Both the position numbers and the translations under genes were made by a program. 64,000 nt of DNA from Anaerolineae bacterium. GTDB taxonomy: Bacteria > Chloroflexota > Anaerolineae > Anaerolineales > RBG-16-64-43. The DNA is taken from positions 17,488 to 81,487 of the forward strand of contig PLND01000034.1 of NCBI GenBank assembly GCA_003141675.1, in the 5' to 3' direction. This document shows, piece after piece, positions 27,798-36,608 of this stretch. Below the pieces are notes generated by a model. That model did no database searches. It worked only from the letters and a program-made list of their open reading frames with translations, and was not told the origin of the DNA. How positions within the stretch are numbered: the stretch's first letter is position 1; each line of letters begins with the position of its first letter.

Positions 27798-28913
27798 ATG
27801 AGCGCGTTGCGCGTGGGCGTGATGTACGGCGGCCGATCGGGGGAACATGAGGTTTCCTTGATGTCCGCCCGTTCGATTCTCGGCGCGCTCAAGAGCTCCC
27901 GCTACGACGTGGTGGAAATCGGCGTCACCCTGGATGGAAAATGGCTGGTTGGTGACGACGTGATGCAGACGCTGGAACAGCGCAGCCCAAAGGGAACGCA
28001 CGCAGTGATGCTGGCCGAACCGGGACCCTCCCGCGTCTGGAAGATCATGGAGGACGCAACCGAGGAAGGGCTTCGCTTGCAGCTGTTGGGGCAGGTGGAT
28101 GTGATCTTCCCGGTGTTGCATGGCACCTTCGGGGAGGATGGCACACTGCAGGGTTTCCTGGAGCTGGCTGAAGTTCCGTATGTGGGAGCGGGTGTCCTGG
28201 CCTCCTCGGTGGCGATGGATAAAGCTCTCTTCAAGCATCTGATGCGCGCCCACGGGGTGCCGGTAGTGGAATACCTTCTGTGCGGCCGCGGTGAAATCGT
28301 GCACGATCTCGACGGCGTCATCCGCCGGGCGGAAGCGGTGGCTCCCTATCCGCTCTTTGCCAAACCGGCCAACCTCGGTTCTTCGGTCGGTGTGACGCGT
28401 TGCGCCAACCGCTCGGATCTGGTGGAGGGATTGGCGGAAGCGGCGCGGTACGATCGGCGCGTGTTGGTTGAACGCGGCGTGGATGCCCGCGAGATCGAAG
28501 TGAGCGTGCTGGGCAACGACACACCGCAGGCGTCCGTACCGGGCGAGGTGATCCCGAGCCGGGATTTCTATTCGTACGAATCGAAATACGTCGACGGAAC
28601 CTCGAAGCTCATCATCCCGGCCGACATTCCGGCGGACAAGGCGGCGCAGGCGCAGCATATGGCGGTGGAAGCGTACCGGGCCATCGACGGAGCTGGGCTG
28701 GCGCGGGCCGATTTCCTACTCGACCGGAACTCTGGGGAACTGTATCTGAGCGAGTTGAACACGATGCCGGGATTTACCAGCATCAGCATGTATCCAAAAC
28801 TCTGGGAAGCGAGCGGCCTCGCCTATCCAAAACTGCTCGACCGGCTGATCGAGCTGGCCATGGAACGGCATGCGGACCGCATGAAAAGTGAACGCAGCTT
28901 CCGGAAAAATTAG
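27798..28913 (+). CDS. ddl: D-alanine--D-alanine ligase
   Basis: 371 aa. Motifs: GGRSGEHEVSL, FPVLHGTFGEDGTLQG, FAKPANLGSSVG, LSELNTMPGFT. Confidence 0.95.
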   Translation: MSALRVGVMYGGRSGEHEVSLMSARSILGALKSSRYDVVEIGVTLDGKWLVGDDVMQTLEQRSPKGTHAVMLAEPGPSRVWKIMEDATEEGLRLQLLGQVDVIFPVLHGTFGEDGTLQGFLELAEVPYVGAGVLASSVAMDKALFKHLMRAHGVPVVEYLLCGRGEIVHDLDGVIRRAEAVAPYPLFAKPANLGSSVGVTRCANRSDLVEGLAEAARYDRRVLVERGVDAREIEVSVLGNDTPQASVPGEVIPSRDFYSYESKYVDGTSKLIIPADIPADKAAQAQHMAVEAYRAIDGAGLARADFLLDRNSGELYLSELNTMPGFTSISMYPKLWEASGLAYPKLLDRLIELAMERHADRMKSERSFRKN

Positions 28914-28932
28914 TGCTTCAGGGAAAACGACG

Positions 28933-29850
28933 ATGCGAAAGCAGGAGACAACGTCCAGAGCCGAATTGTTGCGCCGGAAACGGGAGAAGACGCCGCGGAA
29001 TTTAAATTGGCGCTCCCGGACGGCGGCTCCGCGTCCGGTGCCACCGCGGCCGGCGTGGACTGTCCAGCCGCGGGGCGCGGCGACGCGCGTCCACCGAGTG
29101 TACAGCATCGCCCTGGAATCCCCGGGCGTCGAGGTGCAGTTCCCGGCGCTTGTGGTCTCTTTTTCTCCGCGCAGCTTGGCCATCCTCGTATCGGGGTTGG
29201 CTTGCGCCGGAATGCTCTTTATGCTCACCGGTCCGATGTTCCGCGCGGAATCCCCGCAGATCGGCGGGCTGCAATATATTTCCGCCGACGCGGTGGCCGA
29301 AGCCTCCGGCCTGACCGGGAACAATCTCTTCCTGATCTCCCCGGCCGCCGTCGAGCGGCAAATTCTCGACCGGATCCCGGCCATCCGGAGTGCGCAGGTG
29401 AGTCTTGGTGTATCCGGCAGCGTGCAGGTGGGGGTCCGGGAGCGGGAACCGATCCTGCTCTGGACGCAGAACGGTTCATCGTACTGGGTCGACGCCGACG
29501 GCGTTTTTTTCCCGGTCCTTGGCGATCGCGCGGATCTGGTCCGCGTGGACGTGCAGGACAAGGGGCCGCAGATCGCCTTCGACCGCGCGCCCGATATCGA
29601 CCCGGAGGTCGTGATCCAGGCACTGGAATTGACGCTGGTCCTGCCGTCCGGCACCCGTCTTTTGTACGACGTGGACCACGGATTGGGTATGGCGGATATC
29701 GACGGGTGGACGGCATATTTTGGCACGACGGGAGGGATCGACCTGAAGATGGACGTCTATCGGCGGTTGGTAAGCGCCCTGTCCTCCGAGGGAATCCGTC
29801 CGGCGTTTGTTAGTGTGGAAAATCTTCGGCAGCCATTTTATCGCCGGTAA
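28933..29850 (+). CDS. ftsQ: cell-division protein FtsQ (POTRA domain)
   Basis: Basic N-terminus, one TM helix (LAILVSGLACAGMLFML), then a POTRA-like segment (YISADAVAEASGLTGNNLFLI). Position between ddl and ftsA. ATG 28933 is preferred. Confidence 0.75.
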   Translation: MRKQETTSRAELLRRKREKTPRNLNWRSRTAAPRPVPPRPAWTVQPRGAATRVHRVYSIALESPGVEVQFPALVVSFSPRSLAILVSGLACAGMLFMLTGPMFRAESPQIGGLQYISADAVAEASGLTGNNLFLISPAAVERQILDRIPAIRSAQVSLGVSGSVQVGVREREPILLWTQNGSSYWVDADGVFFPVLGDRADLVRVDVQDKGPQIAFDRAPDIDPEVVIQALELTLVLPSGTRLLYDVDHGLGMADIDGWTAYFGTTGGIDLKMDVYRRLVSALSSEGIRPAFVSVENLRQPFYRR

Positions 29851-29875
29851 AAAAACCGGCCAGGATGCAAATCGG

Positions 29876-31129
29876 ATGAACGTGAATTTGTACACCGGGA
29901 TTGATGTAGGCACGACGAAAATCTGCACACTGGTGGCGCAGGAGCTGGAAGACGGCTCGTTGCAGATCATCGGCGTGGGGATCGAACCGTCGAAGGGATT
30001 GAAGCGCGGTGCGGTGGTGAACGTAGAAGAAGCCGCCCGCGCGATTGCGGCCTCGGTCGACAAGGCTCAGCGCACCGCCGGATATGAAATTGCTTCGGCG
30101 GTGGTCAGCCTGGCCGGGACGCAGGTCTCGTCGATCAACAGCCGCGGCGTGGTGGGCGTGCAGGGAGAGCTGATCTCGGCGGAAGACGTCAACCGGGCGA
30201 GCGAGGCTGCGCGCGCAATCGCGGTCCCGTATGACCGGCAAATCGTTCACGTTCTGCCGCGGGGGTTCGTGGTCGACGGGCAGGAGGGAATCCGCAATCC
30301 GGTGGGCATGCACGGCATGCGGTTGGAGATGGAAACCCACATTATCACCACCTCCTCCACAGCACTACGCAATCTGGCCCAGTGTGTGCAGATCTGCGGG
30401 GTGGAAGTGGAAGGGTTTGTGCTGAATCCGATCGCCTCGGCCGAGGCGGTCCTACAGGACACCGAACGGGATATGGGCGTCGCCGTGGTGGATATCGGCG
30501 GGGGGACGGCCGACCTGGCGATTTACCAGGAGGGAACGGTCAGCCACACGGCGGTTTTGCCGGTCGGCGGCAATCACGTCACGGCCGACATCGCCCACGG
30601 GTTGCGCATGCCCACCGAAGTGGCGGAATCGATCAAGCTCGCCCACGGACACACGCTCGCTTCCGAGATCACGCCCGGGGAAAGCTTCATGGTCCGCCTG
30701 TTCGGCGAAGAGGCTCCCGTCCAGGTTTTGCGATCCGACCTGGTTTCGATCATCCAGCCGCGCATGGAGGAAATTTTCTCCATGATCATGCAAGAGATCG
30801 ACCGGGTGGGCATGTTGAATTATCTACCCGCGGGCATGGTCCTCACCGGAGGCGCGAGCCGCCTCCCGGGCGTCCGTTTGCTGGGAAGCCAAATCATGGG
30901 CATGCCGGTCCGCGTCGCTGGACCGACTGAGCTCAAAGGCCTGGTGGATCAATTGAACAGCCCGGCATACGCAACCAGTGTCGGATTGCTGCTGTGGCTT
31001 CGGAAAGAAGTTGAGGGGATGAGCGCCGTGCAGCCTTCCCAACGCAAGGGACGGCGCCGCGAAGGAACCGACATCGGCAAAAAGATCCAGGATTTCATCA
31101 AGGCCATTCTCAAGGGGATGGCGCCATAG
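29876..31129 (+). CDS. ftsA: cell-division protein FtsA
   Basis: [46 protein letters not shown] 29876 is preferred over the ORF-track start at 29807. Confidence 0.92.
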   Translation: MNVNLYTGIDVGTTKICTLVAQELEDGSLQIIGVGIEPSKGLKRGAVVNVEEAARAIAASVDKAQRTAGYEIASAVVSLAGTQVSSINSRGVVGVQGELISAEDVNRASEAARAIAVPYDRQIVHVLPRGFVVDGQEGIRNPVGMHGMRLEMETHIITTSSTALRNLAQCVQICGVEVEGFVLNPIASAEAVLQDTERDMGVAVVDIGGGTADLAIYQEGTVSHTAVLPVGGNHVTADIAHGLRMPTEVAESIKLAHGHTLASEITPGESFMVRLFGEEAPVQVLRSDLVSIIQPRMEEIFSMIMQEIDRVGMLNYLPAGMVLTGGASRLPGVRLLGSQIMGMPVRVAGPTELKGLVDQLNSPAYATSVGLLLWLRKEVEGMSAVQPSQRKGRRREGTDIGKKIQDFIKAILKGMAP

Positions 31130-31238
31130 GACATGTCCGCACGGCGGAGGAGCCGTGCGGGAGATCCATCGCAGGCCGCGGAGGATCGGGGGCCGGATGG
31201 ATCGAAAGAGATCTGAAACCATATTCCAAGGAGGATCC

Positions 31239-32432
31239 ATGGCTACGGTACAAAAGTCGGAGGCGTTCGCTCGGATCAAGGTGATCGGCGTGGGAGGCGG
31301 CGGACAGAACGCCGTCAACCGCATGATCACCGAAAACATTCAAGGGATCGAGTTTGTGGCGGTCAACACCGACGCCCAGGCGTTGCTGCTTTCCAATGCC
31401 GCCACGCGGGTGCGGATCGGCGAGAAGCTCACCCGCGGCTTGGGAGCAGGGGGCGACCCGAAGATCGGACAGAAGGCGGCCGAGGAATCCGCCGACGAGC
31501 TATATGAGATTCTCAAGGGCTCGGATATGGTCTTCATCACTTCAGGGATGGGCGGCGGAACGGGAACCGGCGCGGCGCCGATCGTAGCCCAGATTGCCAA
31601 GGAAGTGGGCGCTCTCTCGATCGGCGTGGTCACCAAGCCGTTCACCTTCGAGGGCAACCGGCGCGCGCACTCAGCCGAGGAAGGCATCGCCCGGTTAAAG
31701 GAGCAGGTCAACACACTGATCGTGATCCCCAACGACCGGCTGCTGCAGCTCACCGAGAAGCGGGCCAGCCTGCAGGATTCATTCCGGATCGCGGACGACG
31801 TTTTACGCCAGGGTGTGCAGGGGATTTCGGAGCTCATCACCATCCCAGGGCTGATCAACCTCGATTTCGCCGACGTGCGCACGATTATGATGGAAGGCGG
31901 CGCGGCGCTGATGGCGGTAGGCCGCGCCTCCGGAGAAGAGCGCGCGCGCAAGGCCGCCGAACAGGCGATCTCCAGCCAGCTTTTGGACATCACAATCGAT
32001 GGGGCGCGCGGTGTAATCTTCAACGTTACCGGCGGTCCGAACTTGAGCCTGTTCGAGGTTAACGAGGCCGCGGCGATCATCAAGGGAACTGCGCATCCGG
32101 ACGTAAACCTGATCTTCGGAGCGGTTGTCGATCCGAGCATGGGCGACGAGATCCGCATCACCGTGATTGCCACCGGGTTCGAGAAGCCGGCCATGACCCG
32201 CAAGCTCGACCGCATTCTGGCACGCCCCAATCCACAGCAGAAGCCGTCGCAAATGACGCTGCCGTCCTCGCCGGTGATGGCCAGCGCGGCTGCAGCGGCA
32301 CGGCGTATTCCGAACGTCGTACCGATGGAAGTCTCGGTGCGGTCGTCCATGCCCGCTTATTCGGGGATGGCCGACGCGGAAGACGAACACGAATTACCGG
32401 CATTCCTGAGGTTGAAGGCCAACCGTCCCTAG
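31239..32432 (+). CDS. ftsZ: cell-division GTPase FtsZ
   Basis: [14 protein letters not shown], tubulin signature [20 protein letters not shown] 31239 is preceded by AAGGAGG (31228-31234). Confidence 0.97.
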   Translation: MATVQKSEAFARIKVIGVGGGGQNAVNRMITENIQGIEFVAVNTDAQALLLSNAATRVRIGEKLTRGLGAGGDPKIGQKAAEESADELYEILKGSDMVFITSGMGGGTGTGAAPIVAQIAKEVGALSIGVVTKPFTFEGNRRAHSAEEGIARLKEQVNTLIVIPNDRLLQLTEKRASLQDSFRIADDVLRQGVQGISELITIPGLINLDFADVRTIMMEGGAALMAVGRASGEERARKAAEQAISSQLLDITIDGARGVIFNVTGGPNLSLFEVNEAAAIIKGTAHPDVNLIFGAVVDPSMGDEIRITVIATGFEKPAMTRKLDRILARPNPQQKPSQMTLPSSPVMASAAAAARRIPNVVPMEVSVRSSMPAYSGMADAEDEHELPAFLRLKANRP

Positions 32433-32464
32433 CCATTAGCGGACCCTCTTTCGGATAAAGATTC

Positions 32465-32502
32465 GGCCTCCCTGCGGATTTCCTCCGATCCGCGGGGAGG
32501 CC
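32465..32502 (+). terminator. GC-rich hairpin downstream of ftsZ (no U-tract)
   Basis: GGCCTCCCTGCGGAT / ATCCGCGGGGAGGCC forms a stem of about 15 bp, 33 nt after the ftsZ stop. A second hairpin, CCGCG-N9-CGCGG, follows, with a T-run close downstream. Confidence 0.45.
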
Positions 32503-32571
32503 TAGGCTTCATAGGCAACGCATCCCTCCGCGGCGAAGATTCGCGGTTTGAGGGACTTTTTTTTAACGAAA

Positions 32572-32597
32572 CCGAGGCAGTCTACAGACTGCCTCGG
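32572..32597 (-). terminator. hairpin downstream of the minus-strand methyltransferase gene
   Basis: Perfect 11-bp stem CCGAGGCAGTC/GACTGCCTCGG with a 4-nt loop. On the minus strand it is followed by TTTCGTT then an A-run, so it may act bidirectionally. Confidence 0.4.
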
Positions 32598-32628
32598 TGA
32601 ATATACCCGCGGCTTTCCGCGCGGTCGT

Positions 32629-33387
32629 TCATTTTTCCCCCTGGATGAGCATCACCCGGCTGTGCGGCCTGCGGATGATTTCGGTTCGCACCGAGAAACC
32701 GGCCGCTTCCAAATGCCTTGCGAAGATTGAAAGGTTATCGCGGGAGGAGGGATTTTTCGATTCGGGTAGCAGATGGCCTGCGATCCACTCCGGATAGGCG
32801 GCGGGAAGAATGATCCACCGTCCCCCCGGGCGCAAAGTCCGGTAAACCTCATGCAGCGTTCGGGGATTAAAGATAAATTCCGCCGGGAAGGTGGAAACGG
32901 CGCTGGAGAAGAATTCCTTTTGAAAAGGCAGTTGCCCGACGTCGGCCCGCACGAGCACGGGGCCCGCCGCCGGGTCCGGCAAACGGATCGACTCATGGTC
33001 TGCGCGCCGGGCCCCCCATTTTCGTTTTTTCCTTAAGGCGATCTTCCCCATCGCCGGAGAGAGATCGATGGCGGTGACGGTGAATCCCCGATCGGTCATC
33101 TCAAGCGCCAGTGTTCCGGTTCCGTGCGCCAATTCCAGAACCCGGCCGGGGAGCAGGTATGGAAATACGGATCTCCTCCAGTCCGCCCATTCTCCTCCGG
33201 AGACGGTCCAGGCGACCGCATCGTAAGTAAAGGCCAGCGGATAATACAGTAGATTAAATGCCAGACGCAACAGTGTGGAGAATGCGGTCGCCGCCGCCCA
33301 AAGCAGACGCGCGCGCACACCTTGCCGGGGTGGCTTGGGTCGGAGGTCAGGGTATATCTCATCTGCCGGTGAAAGGGGTTCAGACAT
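32629..33387 (-). CDS. class I SAM-dependent methyltransferase
   Basis: SAM motif I, GRVLELAHGTGTLALEM. ATG 33387 overlaps the upstream stop (ATGTCTGA). The ORF-track start at 33555 is an in-frame extension into the upstream gene. Confidence 0.8.
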   Translation of the reverse strand: MSEPLSPADEIYPDLRPKPPRQGVRARLLWAAATAFSTLLRLAFNLLYYPLAFTYDAVAWTVSGGEWADWRRSVFPYLLPGRVLELAHGTGTLALEMTDRGFTVTAIDLSPAMGKIALRKKRKWGARRADHESIRLPDPAAGPVLVRADVGQLPFQKEFFSSAVSTFPAEFIFNPRTLHEVYRTLRPGGRWIILPAAYPEWIAGHLLPESKNPSSRDNLSIFARHLEAAGFSVRTEIIRRPHSRVMLIQGEK

Positions 33388-34213
33388 TGAGTTGCGCGTA
33401 GCCACCAAGATGAATTCCACGGGAAACGAGCATCCCGGGAAGATCCGACTCGGAAAGGAGAGAAAGTTCATAACCGCGCTCTTCCGCATAGTCGCTGATT
33501 TTACGCAGCGCGGCATCCGCCAATCCGGGGTGGCACATGATCTCGTTCCATCCATCTGGTAGGACGTTTAAAATCTTCAGTAGATTTTTCAATGTGGCGG
33601 TCTTGTCATAGAAAGTTATATATAGCCGATCTACTGTCCGGACCGGCGACCGGCGGATCATTGCGTCGGCTTCCCGGTCGAGAAATGCGGTTACTGTTTC
33701 CGGCAATCCGGTAAAAAGATCCGAAATCGCGCTGTCGCAACCGACCGGCGGGCGTATTCCAAGCTGGTATTCCTCCGCAAGATGGAGGGTTTGTTCCAGG
33801 ATTCTCGGTGTCAGGTAAGAAACAAAATGGTGGCTGTCGAGATGATCCGGGGATTTATCAAGCGCCAGCAGCGCTTCGATCTGGGCGCGGAATTCCCGCC
33901 CCACTTCCTCCGGCGAAACGGAATCCAAACGCTCGAGGAATTCCGTCCGCGATGGAAATCGGCCTTCTCCGTCGACCAAGGTTGGAATCTTTTCAGGCGG
34001 TGTGATTGGACTCCCCACCGTAAGGCAGAGATGGATGCCGATGGGTAAACCGGGCGCATCGCGCTTGGCGAGATCCACATCGCTCGCGGTTCCCGGCAGA
34101 TTCATCATCGCGGTTGTGGAGGACAACGCCCCGCTGGTGAAGGCGTAGCGGATTCCCTGACTGACACCCGGCGTCAGTCCATAGTCATCCGCATTCAGGA
34201 TCAGATTTCTCAT
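33380..34213 (-). CDS. ChbG/YdjC/HpnK-family carbohydrate deacetylase
   Basis: 277 aa. MRNLILNADDYGLTPGVSQGI and HLDSHHF motifs. Confidence 0.85.
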   Translation of the reverse strand: MRNLILNADDYGLTPGVSQGIRYAFTSGALSSTTAMMNLPGTASDVDLAKRDAPGLPIGIHLCLTVGSPITPPEKIPTLVDGEGRFPSRTEFLERLDSVSPEEVGREFRAQIEALLALDKSPDHLDSHHFVSYLTPRILEQTLHLAEEYQLGIRPPVGCDSAISDLFTGLPETVTAFLDREADAMIRRSPVRTVDRLYITFYDKTATLKNLLKILNVLPDGWNEIMCHPGLADAALRKISDYAEERGYELSLLSESDLPGMLVSRGIHLGGYAQLNV

Positions 34214-34216
34214 TGT

Positions 34217-34456
34217 CTATTCGATGGCGTCCAACTCGGGGTTTTCCACCAGTTCGATCCCCTCGTTTGTCAGCCATTCCGTTGCCGCGGATATTTTTAC
34301 CGGATCGCCGCCGATCTCCAGGATCAACCAACCTTCTTCGCGGGTAAGCTGGGCCCGGAGGATGTTCACCTCCAGCCCGAAGGAGTTGACCAGGTTGGAC
34401 ACGACCGGCCGGCTGACCAGCGCTGGCGGATAGTTCAATCGAAGTATCGTCACCAT
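34217..34456 (-). CDS. NIL-domain protein
   Basis: 80 aa from ATG 34456. MVTILRLNYPPALVSRPVVSNLVNSFGLEVNILRAQL..EGWLILEIGGD matches the NIL-domain pattern. Confidence 0.65.
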   Translation of the reverse strand: MVTILRLNYPPALVSRPVVSNLVNSFGLEVNILRAQLTREEGWLILEIGGDPVKISAATEWLTNEGIELVENPELDAIE

Positions 34457-34591
34457 GGTATTTCCGATGCTACCCCGCTTTGTCCGGCGGGTCAATCGGA
34501 AACGACTCCCCGGCATGGAGGACGGAAATCCACTCTCTGCATCCAACGGAAGAATCCGGGCATGACAGCCGGCATTCAGCCACTGCCCCGA

Positions 34592-35314
34592 TCAGAAATT
34601 TTTCGAGAGACGGCTTTCCCAGATCCACTTGCGCTGTGCCATTGCCGAAGGGTCGTTTACCGTCATCAACTGTTCCACGAACGCCTCCTCTGGATAGGCG
34701 CCCTCGATGCGCAGCACTTCGTTGATCACAATGAGCGGAACGGTGCTCACCATGTAGCGGTTCACCAGGTGGGGGAATTCCATGCATTCGACCATATCCG
34801 ACCGGATCAAGTCGTTTGCCAGAGCCAGCTTATGCGCGAGCAGCACGGCCCGCGGACAGTGCGGTCAGGTAGGTGTGGTAAATACCTGGATGTGCACCGG
34901 TTCGTGAATCTTTGAAATCTGGTCCAGGGTGTTGGCGGTCAACCCGTGCTGTCGCTTGCTCACCAGCAGAAGATCTTCGACCAGGGTGCTGAATTCGAAT
35001 CCACCAGGAATGCCGTAAAGACGAATACCGTAATCCCGCGGGGAGGGGCCGTCATTCATGATTGCGAGGGCCGGAATTTTATCCACGTGCATTTTTTCCG
35101 CGAGCGCAGTATCCGCCATGAAGTCGCGAACCTCCAGGCGGATTTTCCCGTTAAGCGATGCAACCTCTTCCGCCAATTCCCTGTCTTCTGAGCACGTATG
35201 GCATTCCGGAACGCCCCCGTGTCCCTGGGTGAACATGACCAGCCGGACCGGCTGATCCATTCCCTCAAGGATCTTTTGCACTTCGTTCCGGGTGGATTCG
35301 TCCAAGAGCGGCAT
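34592..35314 (-). CDS. two-domain thioredoxin-fold protein (PDO/glutaredoxin-like) with an in-frame TGA at 34865-34867; candidate selenoprotein
   Basis: ORFs 34865..35314 and 34592..34846 share one frame. Read-through gives ...PECHTCSE...IQVFTTPT-[TGA]-PHCPRAVLLAHKLALAND...VPLIVIN... AAGGAGG lies upstream of ATG 35314. Confidence 0.55.
34831..34858 (-). promoter_or_regulatory. candidate bacterial SECIS hairpin
   Basis: In the RNA after UGA, a 7-bp G/C-rich stem (CGCGGGC/GCUCGCG, with one G.U pair) encloses the loop CGUGCU, which contains GU. The apex lies about 20 nt downstream of UGA. Confidence 0.35.
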
Positions 35315-35403
35315 GTCCCCTCCTTTGGCCGGGCGATGGTTTCCCCGAAGAATATAGTCTATAGCGAGTGGTTCTTTAATTTACCAATATTATTTTACAC
35401 CAA

Positions 35404-35471
35404 CCTCTCCCTCATCCCACCCCATGATAGGGGGCCGGGGCGGGTGATCGAAGCGGGGGTGGAAGGAGGGG
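35404..35471. repeat. degenerate copy of the G/C-tract inverted-repeat element
   Basis: Left arm CCTCTCCCTCATCCCACCCC, right arm GGGGGTGGAAGGAGGGG. It lies in the gap between the tsaC stop and the PDO-like gene start. Confidence 0.45.
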
Positions 35472-35473
35472 CG

Positions 35474-36529
35474 TTAAAAGAAAGGTTCCTGGGCGGCCCG
35501 GTTCAGTCGATCATTGATTGCAGCGCCGAGGCCTTCGGTTGGAAAGCGGTGGGCGAGGATTATATCCACTCCTTCGGCTTCCAGTTCGCGCAGATCGGCG
35601 AAGAGGTTGCGCGCGATTTGACGCAAATCTCCCATAGAACCCAGATCCCGAATGACAAAGGGAATAATTTTGCGATCGAGCCGGGAGCAGACCTCTGTGA
35701 CGGCGAGCAATCCGATCCGCGGATCGTTGGCGGAAATCTTGTTGACAATTTCATGGATGGATGCAAGGATCTCCTCGGGGGTCTCGCCGGGGCATAAAAC
35801 CAAGCGAACATTCGGAGCGTAATGGCGCGGTTGACGGCCCGGAGAAGCGGTGATCCGCTCGCCGGGGGATGCGACTCGCACCGGCCCGGCGACCGACTCG
35901 AGTTCCTCGCGTGAAATTCCACCCGGCCGCAGCAGAACAGGGGGCGTTTGCAGCGGATCGAGGATCGTGGATTCAACCCCCCAATAGGTTGGACCTGCGT
36001 CGAGGATCATATCGATCCGGTCTCCCAGGTCGGCCGCCACGTGGGCAGCCAATGTCGCGCTGGTATGAGCGAAACGGTTGGCAGAAGGCGCCGCGATCGG
36101 AATTCCCGATGCTTGCAGCAGAGCTTGTGCAACCGGATGCGACGGCACGCGGACGGCCACCGTAGAGAGGCCGGCGCAGACCTCGAGAGGAAGGGAAGAC
36201 CGTCGGGGAAGCAGCAAAGTCAGCGGACCGGGCCAAAATCGTTCCGCCAGCACCTTTACTAGGGGAGACACATCGGAGGCGACCTGCAGCAACTCGTCCG
36301 CGGAAGCAAGATGGACGATCAACGGATCGGAGGGCGGCCGTTGCTTAACCTTGAATATCCTTCTCACGGCAGCCGCATCGAAGGCGTTGCCGCCCAATCC
36401 GTAGACCGTTTCGGTCGGAAACGCGACCAACCCGCCGCGGATCAAACATTCCGCGGCGCGTTCAATCAACTCCGGATCCGGAGCGCGGGCGTCGATGGAA
36501 AGTACAGTGGCATTGTTGGAAGGATTCAT
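35474..36529 (-). CDS. tsaC: L-threonylcarbamoyladenylate synthase (Sua5-type)
   Basis: 351 aa. YrdC-domain motif GGLVAFPTETVYGLGGNAF plus a Sua5 C-terminal domain. Confidence 0.9.
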   Translation of the reverse strand: MNPSNNATVLSIDARAPDPELIERAAECLIRGGLVAFPTETVYGLGGNAFDAAAVRRIFKVKQRPPSDPLIVHLASADELLQVASDVSPLVKVLAERFWPGPLTLLLPRRSSLPLEVCAGLSTVAVRVPSHPVAQALLQASGIPIAAPSANRFAHTSATLAAHVAADLGDRIDMILDAGPTYWGVESTILDPLQTPPVLLRPGGISREELESVAGPVRVASPGERITASPGRQPRHYAPNVRLVLCPGETPEEILASIHEIVNKISANDPRIGLLAVTEVCSRLDRKIIPFVIRDLGSMGDLRQIARNLFADLRELEAEGVDIILAHRFPTEGLGAAINDRLNRAAQEPFF

Positions 36530-36608
36530 GCTCTTGGCAGGGATTATATCCGACCATTCGGGATAATCGGCGGAGGGACTAGCACTAATTGGGGGTACAA
36601 TATTTTAT

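Noticed and set aside
34865-34867. Reading the TGA in the PDO-like gene as a simple gene boundary (two separate small genes) or a pseudogene.
   Set aside because: This is not fully excluded. The downstream part would have to start at a GTG without an RBS, 18 nt after the stop and in the same frame, and it would lack the first Cys of its redox motif. The Sec interpretation explains all three facts. It is retained as a finding with stated refutation criteria.
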